This document shows, in pieces, positions 1 to 9,040 of a stretch of 64,000 nt of DNA (its first letter is position 1; each line of letters opens with the position of its first letter). The stretch is from Candidatus Omnitrophota bacterium. GTDB lineage: Bacteria > Omnitrophota > Gorgyraeia > Zapsychrales > Fredricksoniimonadaceae. The position numbers were made by a program, and so were the translations under genes. Below the pieces are notes generated by a model, which did not search any database, had not been told where the DNA came from, and saw nothing but the letters and a program-made list of their open reading frames with translations. Where the stretch lies: positions 7,640 through 71,639 of the forward strand of contig CAILQW010000051.1 in assembly GCA_903836515.1 (NCBI GenBank). The letters run 5' to 3'.

Positions 1-765
1 GTCATCGCACCGGTGCGTGTCTGGGAGTTTAAATCCCGCGATGAAGAGATCGATTACGCCAAGTCCAAGGGGGTTCCTGTTTCCGCGACGAAAAAGAGCC
101 CTTACAGCATCGATACCAATGTTTACGGCAAGGCGATCGAGAGCGGGTTGCTGGAAGACCCCATGGTAGAACCTCCCTCAGACGTGTTCACCATGACAGT
201 CGACCCCCGCAAGGCTCCGGCCAAACCCGGTTACGTTGAAATCGGATTTTCCAAGGGCGTTCCCGTATCGGTTAACGGCGAGAAGCTGAAACCTTTACCG
301 CTGGTGCTCAAACTCAATACCATTGCCGGGGCGCATGGTGTCGGCCGTGTCGATATGATCGAAAATCGTCTGGTGGGGATCAAGTCCCGCGAATTGTATG
401 AAAATCCCGCCGGGGCGGTTCTGCATCTGGCCATCCGTGAGATCGAAAGTCTTGTGCTTGACCGTGACAGCCTGCGCTTCAAGGAGATCCTTTCCCAGAA
501 ATACGCCGAGTTGACGTATAATGGATTGTGGTGGACACCGCTCAAGGCGCAGATGGATGCCTTTTTCAACGCGTATCATGAAAATACCACCGGTACGGTG
601 CGCATCAAGCTTTACAAAGGGCACGCCATGGTCGTGGGCCGCAAGTCGCCCTTTTCGCGTTACAGCGAAAAGATGGCCACCTACGGCAAGGGCGACACGT
701 TTGATCAATCACTCGCGGAAGGTTTCATTAAACTTTGGACTGTTCCGTTTCAGCGTCACCAGTAA
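1..765 (+). CDS. argG: argininosuccinate synthase, C-terminal part (5' end lies outside the window)
   Basis: ORF is open from base 1; translation ...GIKSRELYENPAGAVLHLAIREIESLVLDRD...GLWWTPLKAQMDAF... matches the ArgG C-terminal domain. Confidence 0.85.
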   Translation, partial: VIAPVRVWEFKSRDEEIDYAKSKGVPVSATKKSPYSIDTNVYGKAIESGLLEDPMVEPPSDVFTMTVDPRKAPAKPGYVEIGFSKGVPVSVNGEKLKPLPLVLKLNTIAGAHGVGRVDMIENRLVGIKSRELYENPAGAVLHLAIREIESLVLDRDSLRFKEILSQKYAELTYNGLWWTPLKAQMDAFFNAYHENTTGTVRIKLYKGHAMVVGRKSPFSRYSEKMATYGKGDTFDQSLAEGFIKLWTVPFQRHQ

Positions 766-840
766 CCTCCACCTTATCCCGGGTCGTGTCGGCCATGATG
801 CCGCGCCCCGGTGTAGGTACGGGGGGTGCCAGGGGGTTTT

Positions 841-2217
841 ATGGCGTCACGTTTATGGGGTTCTCGTTTCACCGGAAAGCTGAGCAAGCTTTCGGAAAAG
901 TTCACTTACAGCACGGCTTATGATGCGAAGCTGGCCCGCTATGATTGCGTGGCCGGTATGGCACATGCGCAAATGCTGGGGGAGCAGGGGATCATCCCCA
1001 AGAAGGATGCCAGCGCGATCACCGGTGGTCTTAAGGCGCTTCTTAAGATGATCAACGACGGGAAATATGTATGCGATCCTGCGTCTGAGGACATCCATAC
1101 CGATATCCAGATCCAGCTCAGGAAGCTTATCGGCCAGCCTGCGGACAAACTGCATACCGCGCGTTCCCGCAATGACCAGGTCGTGACGGATGTTCGTTTG
1201 TACTGCATGGACCATATGGACCATATCCTGGTCCTGGTGCGCAAGCTCCAGGGGGCCATTGTGACCTTCGCAGACAAGAACCATGATGTGATCATCCCGG
1301 CGTATACGCATTTGCAGTCCGCCCAGGTGGTTTTGCTCGCACACCATATGCTGGCGTATGTCGAGATGCTGGAGCGGGACAGGGGGCGTTTTGGGGACGC
1401 CCGCACCCGCACGAGCGTCAACACGCTGGGTGCGTGCGCTTTGTCGGGGACATCTCTCCCGACGGACCGCGATTATGTCACAGCTAAACTCGGGTTTTTG
1501 AAGACTTCCGCCAACAGCATTGATTCCGTGTCCGACCGCGACTTCGTGATCGAGATCATGTCCGCCGCCGCCATTACTGGCATGCACCTGACGCGCATGT
1601 GCGAGGACCTCATCCTTTGGGTCACCAGCGAGTTTAATTTTATAACTATCAGCGACGAGTTTTGCACCGGATCATCCATCATGCCGCACAAGAAGAATCC
1701 GGATGTCCTGGAGCTGGTGCGCGGCACCGCGTCCAAATTCCCGGGACGCCTGGTCGAGGCGCTGGTCCTCATGAAGGCGTTGCCCATGACCTATAACCGC
1801 GACATGCAGATGGATAAGCCCGGCCTTTTTGATACCGTTGAGACCATCGAGGACATGCTGAAGATCATGGCGGATGTTTTTGCCGGCATCAAAGTGAACA
1901 AGGAAGTCCTTAAAGAGCGCGTGAAGAGTGAATATTTCTTTTCCGTGGATATCCTGGATTACCTGGTCAAGAAGGGGGTTTCGTACCGCGATGCTCACAA
2001 CACCGTCGGGGTAATGGTCAAGGAGTGCCTGGACCATGGCAGGAAGATCTCGGATATGAACGTGGGTCAGCTCAAGAAGTATTCCATGCAGTTTGAGGAT
2101 GACATGCGCAACCTCCTCAAGCCGGATGTTTCTGTCAAGATCAAAAAATCGCTTGGTTCCACCAATCCGGACATGGTCCGGGCGCAGATCAGGCTTTGGA
2201 AAAAGCGCATCCAATGA
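841..2217 (+). CDS. argH: argininosuccinate lyase
   Basis: MASRLWGSRFTGK...; fumarate lyase signature region GSSIMPHKKNPD; ATG at 841 inside the longer ORF call. Confidence 0.9.
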   Translation: MASRLWGSRFTGKLSKLSEKFTYSTAYDAKLARYDCVAGMAHAQMLGEQGIIPKKDASAITGGLKALLKMINDGKYVCDPASEDIHTDIQIQLRKLIGQPADKLHTARSRNDQVVTDVRLYCMDHMDHILVLVRKLQGAIVTFADKNHDVIIPAYTHLQSAQVVLLAHHMLAYVEMLERDRGRFGDARTRTSVNTLGACALSGTSLPTDRDYVTAKLGFLKTSANSIDSVSDRDFVIEIMSAAAITGMHLTRMCEDLILWVTSEFNFITISDEFCTGSSIMPHKKNPDVLELVRGTASKFPGRLVEALVLMKALPMTYNRDMQMDKPGLFDTVETIEDMLKIMADVFAGIKVNKEVLKERVKSEYFFSVDILDYLVKKGVSYRDAHNTVGVMVKECLDHGRKISDMNVGQLKKYSMQFEDDMRNLLKPDVSVKIKKSLGSTNPDMVRAQIRLWKKRIQ

Positions 2218-3491
2218 GCCGGCTGACCCATCCTATCCATGATTTCAGGTACAAGGGCGGTGAGCTTTATTGCGAGGGGGTCCCGGTAGCGTCCATCATC
2301 CGCAAAACCGGGACACCGGCTTATATTTACAGCCACCAGACCCTGGTGGGCCATTACCGCAAGATCGCCGCGGCGTTCAAATCCCTGGACCCTGTCATTT
2401 GTTTTGCCATGAAGGCCAATGGCAATCTGGCTGTTTTGCGCGCGCTTGCCCGTGAGGGCGCCGGGTTTGATATTGTTTCCGGGGGGGAGCTGCGCAAGGC
2501 CAGGATGATCGGCGCTGACATGCAGAAGGTCGCGTTTGCCTCTGTGGGCAAGACCGAAGAAGAGATATTGCTCGCGATCCGTGCGGGGATACTCCTGTTT
2601 AACGTCGAATCTGTTCCGGAGCTTGTAAATATTAACCGTCTCGCCGGCAAGATGCGTAAAACGGTGCGCGTAGCCCTGCGTATCAATCCCGATATTGATG
2701 CGCCCACCCACGAGAAGATCAATACCGGAAGCCTCAGGAAGAAGTTTGGGATAGATTTGAAGACCGCCCGCGGGATCTTCCTCGACCGGAAAGCTTACCC
2801 GTCCCTGTGCATTAACGGGATTCATATCCATATCGGCTCGCAGATCACCCGGGGAGAGCCTTTTGTCGCGGCCATCCGCAAGGCCCTGGCGTTCATGGAT
2901 GACCTCGCCCTCAAGGGGGTTGTGATTGAATACCTCGATATCGGCGGAGGCCTGGGGATCATTTACAAGGATGAGGCGCCGCAGACCGCCCTGGAATACG
3001 CCCGCAAGGTTATGCCGCTCCTCAAGGGGCGGGCGCTGCAACTGGTGATGGAGCCGGGCCGTTTTATCGTGGGGAATGCGGGTATTTTTGTGACCCGCAA
3101 ACTTTACACCAAGGACAATGGCCTTAAAAAATTCATGATCGTGGACGCCGGGATGAACGATCTGGTGCGTCCGTCCATGTACGGGGCCCATCACGAGATC
3201 ATTCCGGTCGTTAAATCCGCTGCGCGCAAGATCGTCTGCGATGTGGTCGGGCCGGTGTGCGAGAGTGCCGATGTGTTTGCCCATGATCGCGAAGTCGCCG
3301 ATATCAAGGACGGCGCTTTACTGGCCCTCCTTTCCGCCGGTGCTTACGGCTATGCGATGGCCAGTAATTATAACGCCCGCCCGCGCGCGGTCGAGGTGAT
3401 GGTCAAGGGCACCCGCTGGGATGTGATACGGGCGCGTGAAACTTTCAGGGACCTTGTGCGCGGGTCCTTCATTCCGGAGTATTTGAAATGA
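2214..3491 (+). CDS. lysA: diaminopimelate decarboxylase
   Basis: MSRLTHPIHDFRYKGGELYCEGVPV...AMKANGNLAVLRALAREGAGFDIVSGGEL; ATGA overlap with argH. Confidence 0.9.
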   Translation: MSRLTHPIHDFRYKGGELYCEGVPVASIIRKTGTPAYIYSHQTLVGHYRKIAAAFKSLDPVICFAMKANGNLAVLRALAREGAGFDIVSGGELRKARMIGADMQKVAFASVGKTEEEILLAIRAGILLFNVESVPELVNINRLAGKMRKTVRVALRINPDIDAPTHEKINTGSLRKKFGIDLKTARGIFLDRKAYPSLCINGIHIHIGSQITRGEPFVAAIRKALAFMDDLALKGVVIEYLDIGGGLGIIYKDEAPQTALEYARKVMPLLKGRALQLVMEPGRFIVGNAGIFVTRKLYTKDNGLKKFMIVDAGMNDLVRPSMYGAHHEIIPVVKSAARKIVCDVVGPVCESADVFAHDREVADIKDGALLALLSAGAYGYAMASNYNARPRAVEVMVKGTRWDVIRARETFRDLVRGSFIPEYLK

Positions 3492-4345
3492 CCAGGACCC
3501 GGGAGATCCCCTTCGTCAAGATGCAGGGTGCCGGCAATGATTTTGTGATCATCGATCATGACCCGGCGATGGATTACTGTTCCTTTGCCAGGCAGGTCTG
3601 CCACCGTCATATGGGCATTGGCGCTGACGGGGTAATGGTGCTGGGTGGATCTTCTTTAACCGGCTACAGCATGCGCATTATCAATGCTGACGGGTCGGAG
3701 GCCGAGATGTGCGGGAATGGGGCACGCTGCATGGCGGTGCATATCGCCCGCAAGTTTTCCCTGGCGCCGGGGTTCTTTACCATGGAGACCCAGGCAGGGA
3801 AGATCCAGGCCTCAGTCGCTGGTGAGACAGCTTCGATCCAGTTGAGTGCGCCCAGGGATTATCGGCCCGGCATCGAGCTTGTGGTCGACGACAAGAAGTT
3901 TACGGCGCATTTCATCAATACCGGGGTTCCGCATGCCGTTATTTTTGTGGAGGGGCTGGGCCAGATGCAGGTCGAGGGGCTCGGGCGCCTGATCCGCCAT
4001 CACACAGCCTTTGCACCCCAGGGCACGAATGTCAACTTTGTCGAACGTGTTGATGAGGGGTGCGTGGCGGTGCGGACCTACGAACGCGGGGTAGAGGGCG
4101 AAACCCTGGCCTGCGGCACGGGCAGTGTGGCGTCGGCGCTCGTCGCTTATCTTCAGGCGTCGGCGGCGCCGGTGCCCCGCCAGGGGGCGGCCATCCGGGT
4201 CGTGACCAAAAGCGGCGAAGCGCTGGCTGTTACCTTTGACCTGCAGGTTGTCGACGGAAATCCGGTGATCACCCATGTCTGGCTGAAGGGCAGCGGCCGC
4301 TTCATTGGCCAGGGTGTTTATTATTATCCCGGTCCCGTGGCATAA
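3488..4345 (+). CDS. dapF: diaminopimelate epimerase
   Basis: FVKMQGAGNDFVIID...CGNGARC...ACGTGSVA; both catalytic-Cys motifs present. Confidence 0.9.
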   Translation: MTRTREIPFVKMQGAGNDFVIIDHDPAMDYCSFARQVCHRHMGIGADGVMVLGGSSLTGYSMRIINADGSEAEMCGNGARCMAVHIARKFSLAPGFFTMETQAGKIQASVAGETASIQLSAPRDYRPGIELVVDDKKFTAHFINTGVPHAVIFVEGLGQMQVEGLGRLIRHHTAFAPQGTNVNFVERVDEGCVAVRTYERGVEGETLACGTGSVASALVAYLQASAAPVPRQGAAIRVVTKSGEALAVTFDLQVVDGNPVITHVWLKGSGRFIGQGVYYYPGPVA

Positions 4346-4372
4346 CACGGGGCCTCATTCCCAGGAGGGATC

Positions 4373-5248
4373 ATGTTCAAAGGCTCTATTGTCGCGCTGG
4401 TAACACCTTTCACGGATCACGGTGTCGACGAGTGGAAACTCGCTGAACTTATCGAGCGCCAGATTGTTAACGGCACCAAAGGCATTGTGCCTTGCGGCAC
4501 GACAGGGGAATCGCCCACACTTTCGCATGAAGAGCATGACAAGGTGATCGAGATCACGGTCGACGTGGTGCATCGCCGTATTCCGGTCATCGCGGGGACA
4601 GGATCGAATTCCACCGCGGAAGCTGTCCGCCTGACGCGCCACGCCGAGGAATCAGGGGCGGATGCGGCGCTGGTCGTGACGCCGTATTATAACAAGCCCA
4701 CCCAGCAGGGGCTTTACCTGCATTTCAAGGCTGTGGCCGACAGTGTGAAGATCCCCATTATCCTTTACAATATCGAGGGCCGCTGTGCGCGCAATATCGA
4801 GACCGAAACGGTCCGCCGCCTGGCGAAAGACTGCAAGAATATCGTCGGCGTGAAGGAAGCTTCCGGCAATCTGGCCCAGGCCCGCGCGGTCAAGGAAGCC
4901 TGCGGCAAGAAGTTCGACCTTATTTCAGGCGATGATGCCCTGACCATTCCGATGATGCAGCTGGGGGGGGCGGGAGTTATTTCTGTCCTGGCCAATATCA
5001 TGCCCCGGCAGGTGGCCGATGTGGTGGCATTGATGCTCAAAGGGAAGGTCAAGGAGGCGGAGGCAAAACAAAAGACCTTGCTGCCCGTGATTGAGGCCAT
5101 GTTTTTTGAAACCAATCCTATCCCGGTCAAGACCGCGTGCGGGCTGATGGGCTTGTGCGCGCCGAAATTGCGCCTGCCTATGTGTGAGATGCAGCCGGCA
5201 AACCTGACGAAGCTCAAGAAGGTTCTCAAGGATCACCAACTCATTTAA
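4373..5248 (+). CDS. dapA: 4-hydroxy-tetrahydrodipicolinate synthase
   Basis: ALVTPF...GIVPCGTTGESPTLSHEEH... DapA/NAL-family signature. Confidence 0.9.
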   Translation: MFKGSIVALVTPFTDHGVDEWKLAELIERQIVNGTKGIVPCGTTGESPTLSHEEHDKVIEITVDVVHRRIPVIAGTGSNSTAEAVRLTRHAEESGADAALVVTPYYNKPTQQGLYLHFKAVADSVKIPIILYNIEGRCARNIETETVRRLAKDCKNIVGVKEASGNLAQARAVKEACGKKFDLISGDDALTIPMMQLGGAGVISVLANIMPRQVADVVALMLKGKVKEAEAKQKTLLPVIEAMFFETNPIPVKTACGLMGLCAPKLRLPMCEMQPANLTKLKKVLKDHQLI

Positions 5249-5283
5249 CATCTGCGGCCCTGGCCGCGCGTATAAAGGGTCAT

Positions 5284-6000
5284 ATGCTCAAATTGGCGAT
5301 CACGGGATGTATGGGGCGGATGGGCGAGCGTATAAGGGAGCTCGCTTTTAATGATGTCGATTGCAAGATCGTAGCGCTGATCGAGAGCCCTGATCGTCAG
5401 GGTGTCCCGCTGGCATGGCATGGGATTGCCGTTTCCAGGGATATCCATGCGATCAAGGGGGCGGATGTGCTCATTGATTTCACTCTTCCGGCGCCGACCA
5501 TGAAAAATCTCGAGGCCTGCCTGCGGCATCAGGTGCGGATGGTCATTGGCACAACCGGACTTTCCGATGCCGAGCGTGCGGTTATTAAGGCGGCGTCGGA
5601 TAAATTGGCCATTGTTCAATCCACCAACATGTCGGTGGGGGTCAACCTGGTGTTTGGCCTGCTCAAGCGCATGGCCTCTGCGCTTGAAGGGTACAACGTT
5701 TCGATCACGGAAACGCACCATGTTCACAAGAAGGATGCGCCTTCTGGAACAGCCAAAACCATGGCCGAGGTCATTGAGGGCGTGACCGGCGGGAAAGTGG
5801 CCGATATCGCCTCGGTGCGCGAGGGCGAAGTGGTGGGGTACCATCATGTGACCTTTGACGGGCCTGCGGATACCCTTGAGATCAGTCACAATGCCAAGAC
5901 CCGCGACATGTTCGCTTCCGGGGCTCTCATCGCTGCCAAGTTTTTAGCCAAGAAGGATAAAGGATTGTTCACCATGCAGGAAGTCCTTGGCCTCGATTGA
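5284..6000 (+). CDS. dapB: 4-hydroxy-tetrahydrodipicolinate reductase
   Basis: MLKLAITGCMGRMG... N-terminal Rossmann fold; HHVHKKDAPSGTA motif. Confidence 0.9.
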   Translation: MLKLAITGCMGRMGERIRELAFNDVDCKIVALIESPDRQGVPLAWHGIAVSRDIHAIKGADVLIDFTLPAPTMKNLEACLRHQVRMVIGTTGLSDAERAVIKAASDKLAIVQSTNMSVGVNLVFGLLKRMASALEGYNVSITETHHVHKKDAPSGTAKTMAEVIEGVTGGKVADIASVREGEVVGYHHVTFDGPADTLEISHNAKTRDMFASGALIAAKFLAKKDKGLFTMQEVLGLD

Positions 6001-6114
6001 ACCGTTTTTTCTTAACATACATGTCCCGTGTGGACAGCACGTTTCGTCGACAAACGTTAGTTGGAAGATGATTTGTGTGTAGGGGCGGACCTTGTGTCCG
6101 CCCGAAGGAGTGGT

Positions 6115-7278
6115 ATGAATATTGAGGTTTCTGAGCGGCTTAAACAGCTCCCCCCGTATCTTTTCATCGAGATCGACAAGGCCCGGCGGGCGGCCCTGGC
6201 CGAGGGGCGTGATGTCATTAACCTGGGCGTGGGCGATCCTGACCAGCGCACCCATCAGCCCATCATCGACGCCATGAAAAAGGCCCTGGATGAGGGGGCT
6301 AACCATCATTATCCTTTTGACGCAGGGGTGCCGCAGCTGCGGGTAGAGATCGCCCAGTGGTTCAAGCGTCGTTTTCAGGTTGACCTTGACCCGTCCACCG
6401 AGATCCATCCTCTGATCGGATCGAAGGAAGGTCTGGCGCATTTCCCGCTGGCGGTCATTAATCCCGGCGACAAGGTGCTCCTGACCGATCCGGCTTATCC
6501 GGCGTATCAGGCGGCGGTCACGTTTGCGGGCGGGAAGATCCAGTATTTACCTTTAAAGGCCTCGCAGGGTTTTCTTCCCAGGATCCAGGATATAGAAGAA
6601 GCGAAAAACCCGAGGGCTATCATTGTCTGTTATCCCAACAATCCCGTCGCGGCTGTGGCCAACAAACAGTTCTATACGGATCTTGTGCGGGTGTGCACGC
6701 AGAAGAATATCATCATCATTTCCGACCTGGCGTATTCCGAGGTTTATTATGACGGGGTCAAGCCGCCCAGCATCCTGGAGGTGCCGGGGGCCAGGGACAT
6801 CGCCATTGAGTTCCATTCCTTCTCTAAAACATACTTCATGACCGGCTGGCGCCTGGGCTGGGCGTGCGGTAACAGCCAGCTTGTAGCGGCATTGGCCAGG
6901 GTCAAATCAAACATGGATTCGGGCGTTTTTAATGCCATCCAGTATGCGGGCATCGCGGCGTTGCGTATGGATCCTGCCGAGATCGAGGATATGCGCGCCG
7001 TGTACCAGGAACGGCGTGACGCCATGATCAACGGCTGCCGGGCCATCGGCTGGAAGATCGATCCGCCCCAGGCGGCTTTTTACGTTTGGGCCAGGGTCCC
7101 GGCGAAATTTCCGGATTCCATGACCTGTGCCAAGGCCTTCCTCGACCAGGCGGATATTGTGCTCACGCCGGGTGTCGGTTTTGGCAGGCAGGGCGAGGGG
7201 TATGTACGGATGGCGCTCACCGTGCCGGTGGAGCGGATCCACGAGGCTGTAGGCCGCATGGCCAAAGTCCTGGCGTAA
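6115..7278 (+). CDS. dapL: LL-diaminopimelate aminotransferase (class I PLP aminotransferase) within the dap cluster
   Basis: MNIEVSERLKQLPPYLFIEIDKARRAALAEGRDVINLGVGDPD...; SFSKTY PLP-lysine region; sits in the dap operon, which has no dapD/dapE in this window. Confidence 0.7.
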   Translation: MNIEVSERLKQLPPYLFIEIDKARRAALAEGRDVINLGVGDPDQRTHQPIIDAMKKALDEGANHHYPFDAGVPQLRVEIAQWFKRRFQVDLDPSTEIHPLIGSKEGLAHFPLAVINPGDKVLLTDPAYPAYQAAVTFAGGKIQYLPLKASQGFLPRIQDIEEAKNPRAIIVCYPNNPVAAVANKQFYTDLVRVCTQKNIIIISDLAYSEVYYDGVKPPSILEVPGARDIAIEFHSFSKTYFMTGWRLGWACGNSQLVAALARVKSNMDSGVFNAIQYAGIAALRMDPAEIEDMRAVYQERRDAMINGCRAIGWKIDPPQAAFYVWARVPAKFPDSMTCAKAFLDQADIVLTPGVGFGRQGEGYVRMALTVPVERIHEAVGRMAKVLA

Positions 7279-7297
7279 GGTTTCTTTCCCAAGGAGT

Positions 7298-7705
7298 ATG
7301 GGGTTGGCAACAGTTTATCTGGGGTTGGGATCAAATCTGGGAGACCGCGCCGGGAATATCCGCGATGCCGTCAAGCTTCTTGGCGCGGCAGGCGTCAGCC
7401 CTGTCAGATTATCGACGATCATTGAAACAGACCCTGTGGGAGGCCCCCCGCAGGGTCTGTTTTTGAATGCGGTGTTGAAGGCTGAGACGGCTCTTTGTCC
7501 TATGGATGTCCTCAAGGCGGGACAAGCGGTAGAGGCAAAGCTGGGGCGTGTCCGCGGCCTGAAGGACGGCCCGCGCACGATCGATATCGATATCCTGCTT
7601 TATGATGAGATCGCCATGGATACCCCGCAACTGGTGATCCCGCATCCCAGAATGCGGGAGAGGCCTTTTGTGATGGGGCCGTTGCGGGAGGTCATGGGCG
7701 GATGA
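7298..7705 (+). CDS. folK: 2-amino-4-hydroxy-6-hydroxymethyldihydropteridine pyrophosphokinase (HPPK)
   Basis: YLGLGSNLGDR...TIDIDILLYD...IPHPRMRERPFV; start codon uncertain (GTG at 7298 or 7304). Confidence 0.85.
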   Translation: MGLATVYLGLGSNLGDRAGNIRDAVKLLGAAGVSPVRLSTIIETDPVGGPPQGLFLNAVLKAETALCPMDVLKAGQAVEAKLGRVRGLKDGPRTIDIDILLYDEIAMDTPQLVIPHPRMRERPFVMGPLREVMGG

Positions 7706-7773
7706 TTTTATGGAATAATTACGGATGATTTGAATATGAATGATTTGGCGGGGGATGATGCCCTATGACGGTT

Positions 7774-7998
7774 TTACACAACAAAGCAATCTGTTTTTGA
7801 CAATAAAGATTGCCTTATGATGGCCTGGAGGGTTCCGACGCGGAGTTCCTTGTGGTCCGGAATGGGGATCGTGATGGTGCCATCGACTGTTTTTCTTTGC
7901 ATGACAATGTGGCTGCCTTTGCGCCGGATTTCAAGAAATCCGTTCTTTTCCAGGATGCGGCAAACCTCACGTCCGGATAGAACCGGAATTTTAGGCAT
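7774..7998 (-). CDS. hicA: HicA-family mRNA interferase toxin
   Basis: 74 aa; SGREVCRILEKNGF...RRKGSHIVMQ...HKELRVGTL matches the YcfA/HicA fold; 8-nt overlap with upstream hicB. Confidence 0.8.
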   Translation of the reverse strand: MPKIPVLSGREVCRILEKNGFLEIRRKGSHIVMQRKTVDGTITIPIPDHKELRVGTLQAIIRQSLLSKTDCFVV

Positions 7999-8212
7999 GG
8001 GTAACCTCGAATTGCGTTACATAGATTTCATCATGCAGGCGCCGGGATAATTCGCGGGGCGAAGCGTGTTCCAGGAACAGTTCAACAGCCTCGCGGATGT
8101 TGTTGCGGGCTTCCTCGATGGTGCCGCCCTGGCTGGCGACATCCAGTTCGGGGCACAGCGCGATGTATCCGTTGCCTTCGCGTTCGATAATGGCTGTAAG
8201 TTTGCGGGTCAT
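7991..8212 (-). CDS. hicB: HicB-family antitoxin (UPF0150)
   Basis: 73 aa from ATG (revcomp of cat 8210-8212): MTRKLTAIIEREGNGYIALCPELDVASQGGTIEEARNNIREAVELFLE; the longer ORF call 7991..8476 is read-through into REP sequence. Confidence 0.8.
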   Translation of the reverse strand: MTRKLTAIIEREGNGYIALCPELDVASQGGTIEEARNNIREAVELFLEHASPRELSRRLHDEIYVTQFEVTHA

Positions 8213-8285
8213 GGTGGATAGTCCTTTGACAAGGGGTTGTCTGTTATTGGCAGATTTATTATAACATAAATCGGATATGTTAATG

Positions 8286-8313
8286 GTAGAGACGCAAAAT
8301 TTTGCGTCTGTAC
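8286..8313. repeat. REP element (28-nt palindrome GTAGAGACGCAAAATTTTGCGTCTGTAC, one mismatch)
   Basis: first copy of the family; followed 36 nt later by a second copy. Confidence 0.85.
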
Positions 8314-8349
8314 TGCGGATGGGATGGCGGTTGGATGGCGCGATGGTGT

Positions 8350-8377
8350 GTAGAGACGCAAAATTTTGCGTCTGTAC
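8350..8377. repeat. REP element copy
   Basis: GTAGAGACGCAAAATTTTGCGTCTGTAC; shares the ...ctgtactgcggatg 3' flank with the 8286 copy. Confidence 0.85.
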
Positions 8378-8463
8378 TGCGGATGACCTCATGGGATGAT
8401 GGCGGATGTGAAAATATCCTCCTTTGGGATTGAACCGATTGTGTTTGGATGTAAAATGATGCC

Positions 8464-8925
8464 ATGCGGTTATCATTCTCCGGATTCCTTGTTTTTGCCA
8501 TGCTGTGCCTGAACACGGGCATCGCCGGCGCCACCAATGACGGGGCGGGGCACGAGATCTTCCTCGACAATGTGGGCATCGGCACCTTAAGCCCCCGCCA
8601 GCGCCTGGAGGTCAACAACACCGCGGTCTTCAGCACCCTCGTGGCCAATACCTGCAGCGGCAGTGCGACCATCAACTGGAACGCGGGCAACAAACAGCTT
8701 CTGACCTTGAACGGCAACTGCACCACGCTGAACTTCACGGCCCCCCTGGGTGTGGGGAATTTCAACCTGAAGATTGTCAATACGGGCAGTTACACCATCA
8801 CCTGGCCCGCCGTCAAATGGCCCGGCGGCAATGCCCCGACGTTGACCGCCAGCGGGACGGACATGGTCTCTTTCTTTTACGACGGGACAGCCTATTACGC
8901 CAGCGCGGCGTTCGATTTCAAATGA
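8464..8925 (+). CDS. small secreted hypothetical protein with tail-fibre-like N-terminal motif
   Basis: signal peptide MRLSFSGFLVFAMLCLNTGIAGA; motif DNVGIGTLSPRQRLEVNN shared with the ORFs at 14682 and 60425(-); flanked by REPs. Confidence 0.5.
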   Translation: MRLSFSGFLVFAMLCLNTGIAGATNDGAGHEIFLDNVGIGTLSPRQRLEVNNTAVFSTLVANTCSGSATINWNAGNKQLLTLNGNCTTLNFTAPLGVGNFNLKIVNTGSYTITWPAVKWPGGNAPTLTASGTDMVSFFYDGTAYYASAAFDFK

Positions 8926-8971
8926 CGGGCATGATATCGGATCATTCATGATATCGGATGATGCCTGATGC

Positions 8972-8999
8972 GTAGAGACGCAAAATTTTGCGTCTCTAC
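8972..8999. repeat. REP element copy (perfect palindrome GTAGAGACGCAAAATTTTGCGTCTCTAC)
   Basis: exact 28-nt self-complementary sequence. Confidence 0.9.
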
Positions 9000-9040
9000 A
9001 GCGGATGATTTGATGGCGCATGATTTAACGGGATGATGAT

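Noticed and set aside
2067-3284. Long opposite-strand and alternate-frame ORFs (e.g. 2067..3284-, 19703..20425-, 21498..22772-, 44508..46079-, 51555..52574-, 56475..57626-, 13325..13876-)
   Set aside because: They are Arg/Gly/His-rich with no family resemblance. They lie antisense to strongly conserved genes in a ~58% GC genome and are shadow ORFs.
7991-8476. The 161-aa minus-strand ORF overlapping hicB
   Set aside because: Only the last 73 aa match HicB. The N-terminal extension is translation through REP sequence (RSTDAKFCVST peptides). The real start is the ATG at 8212.
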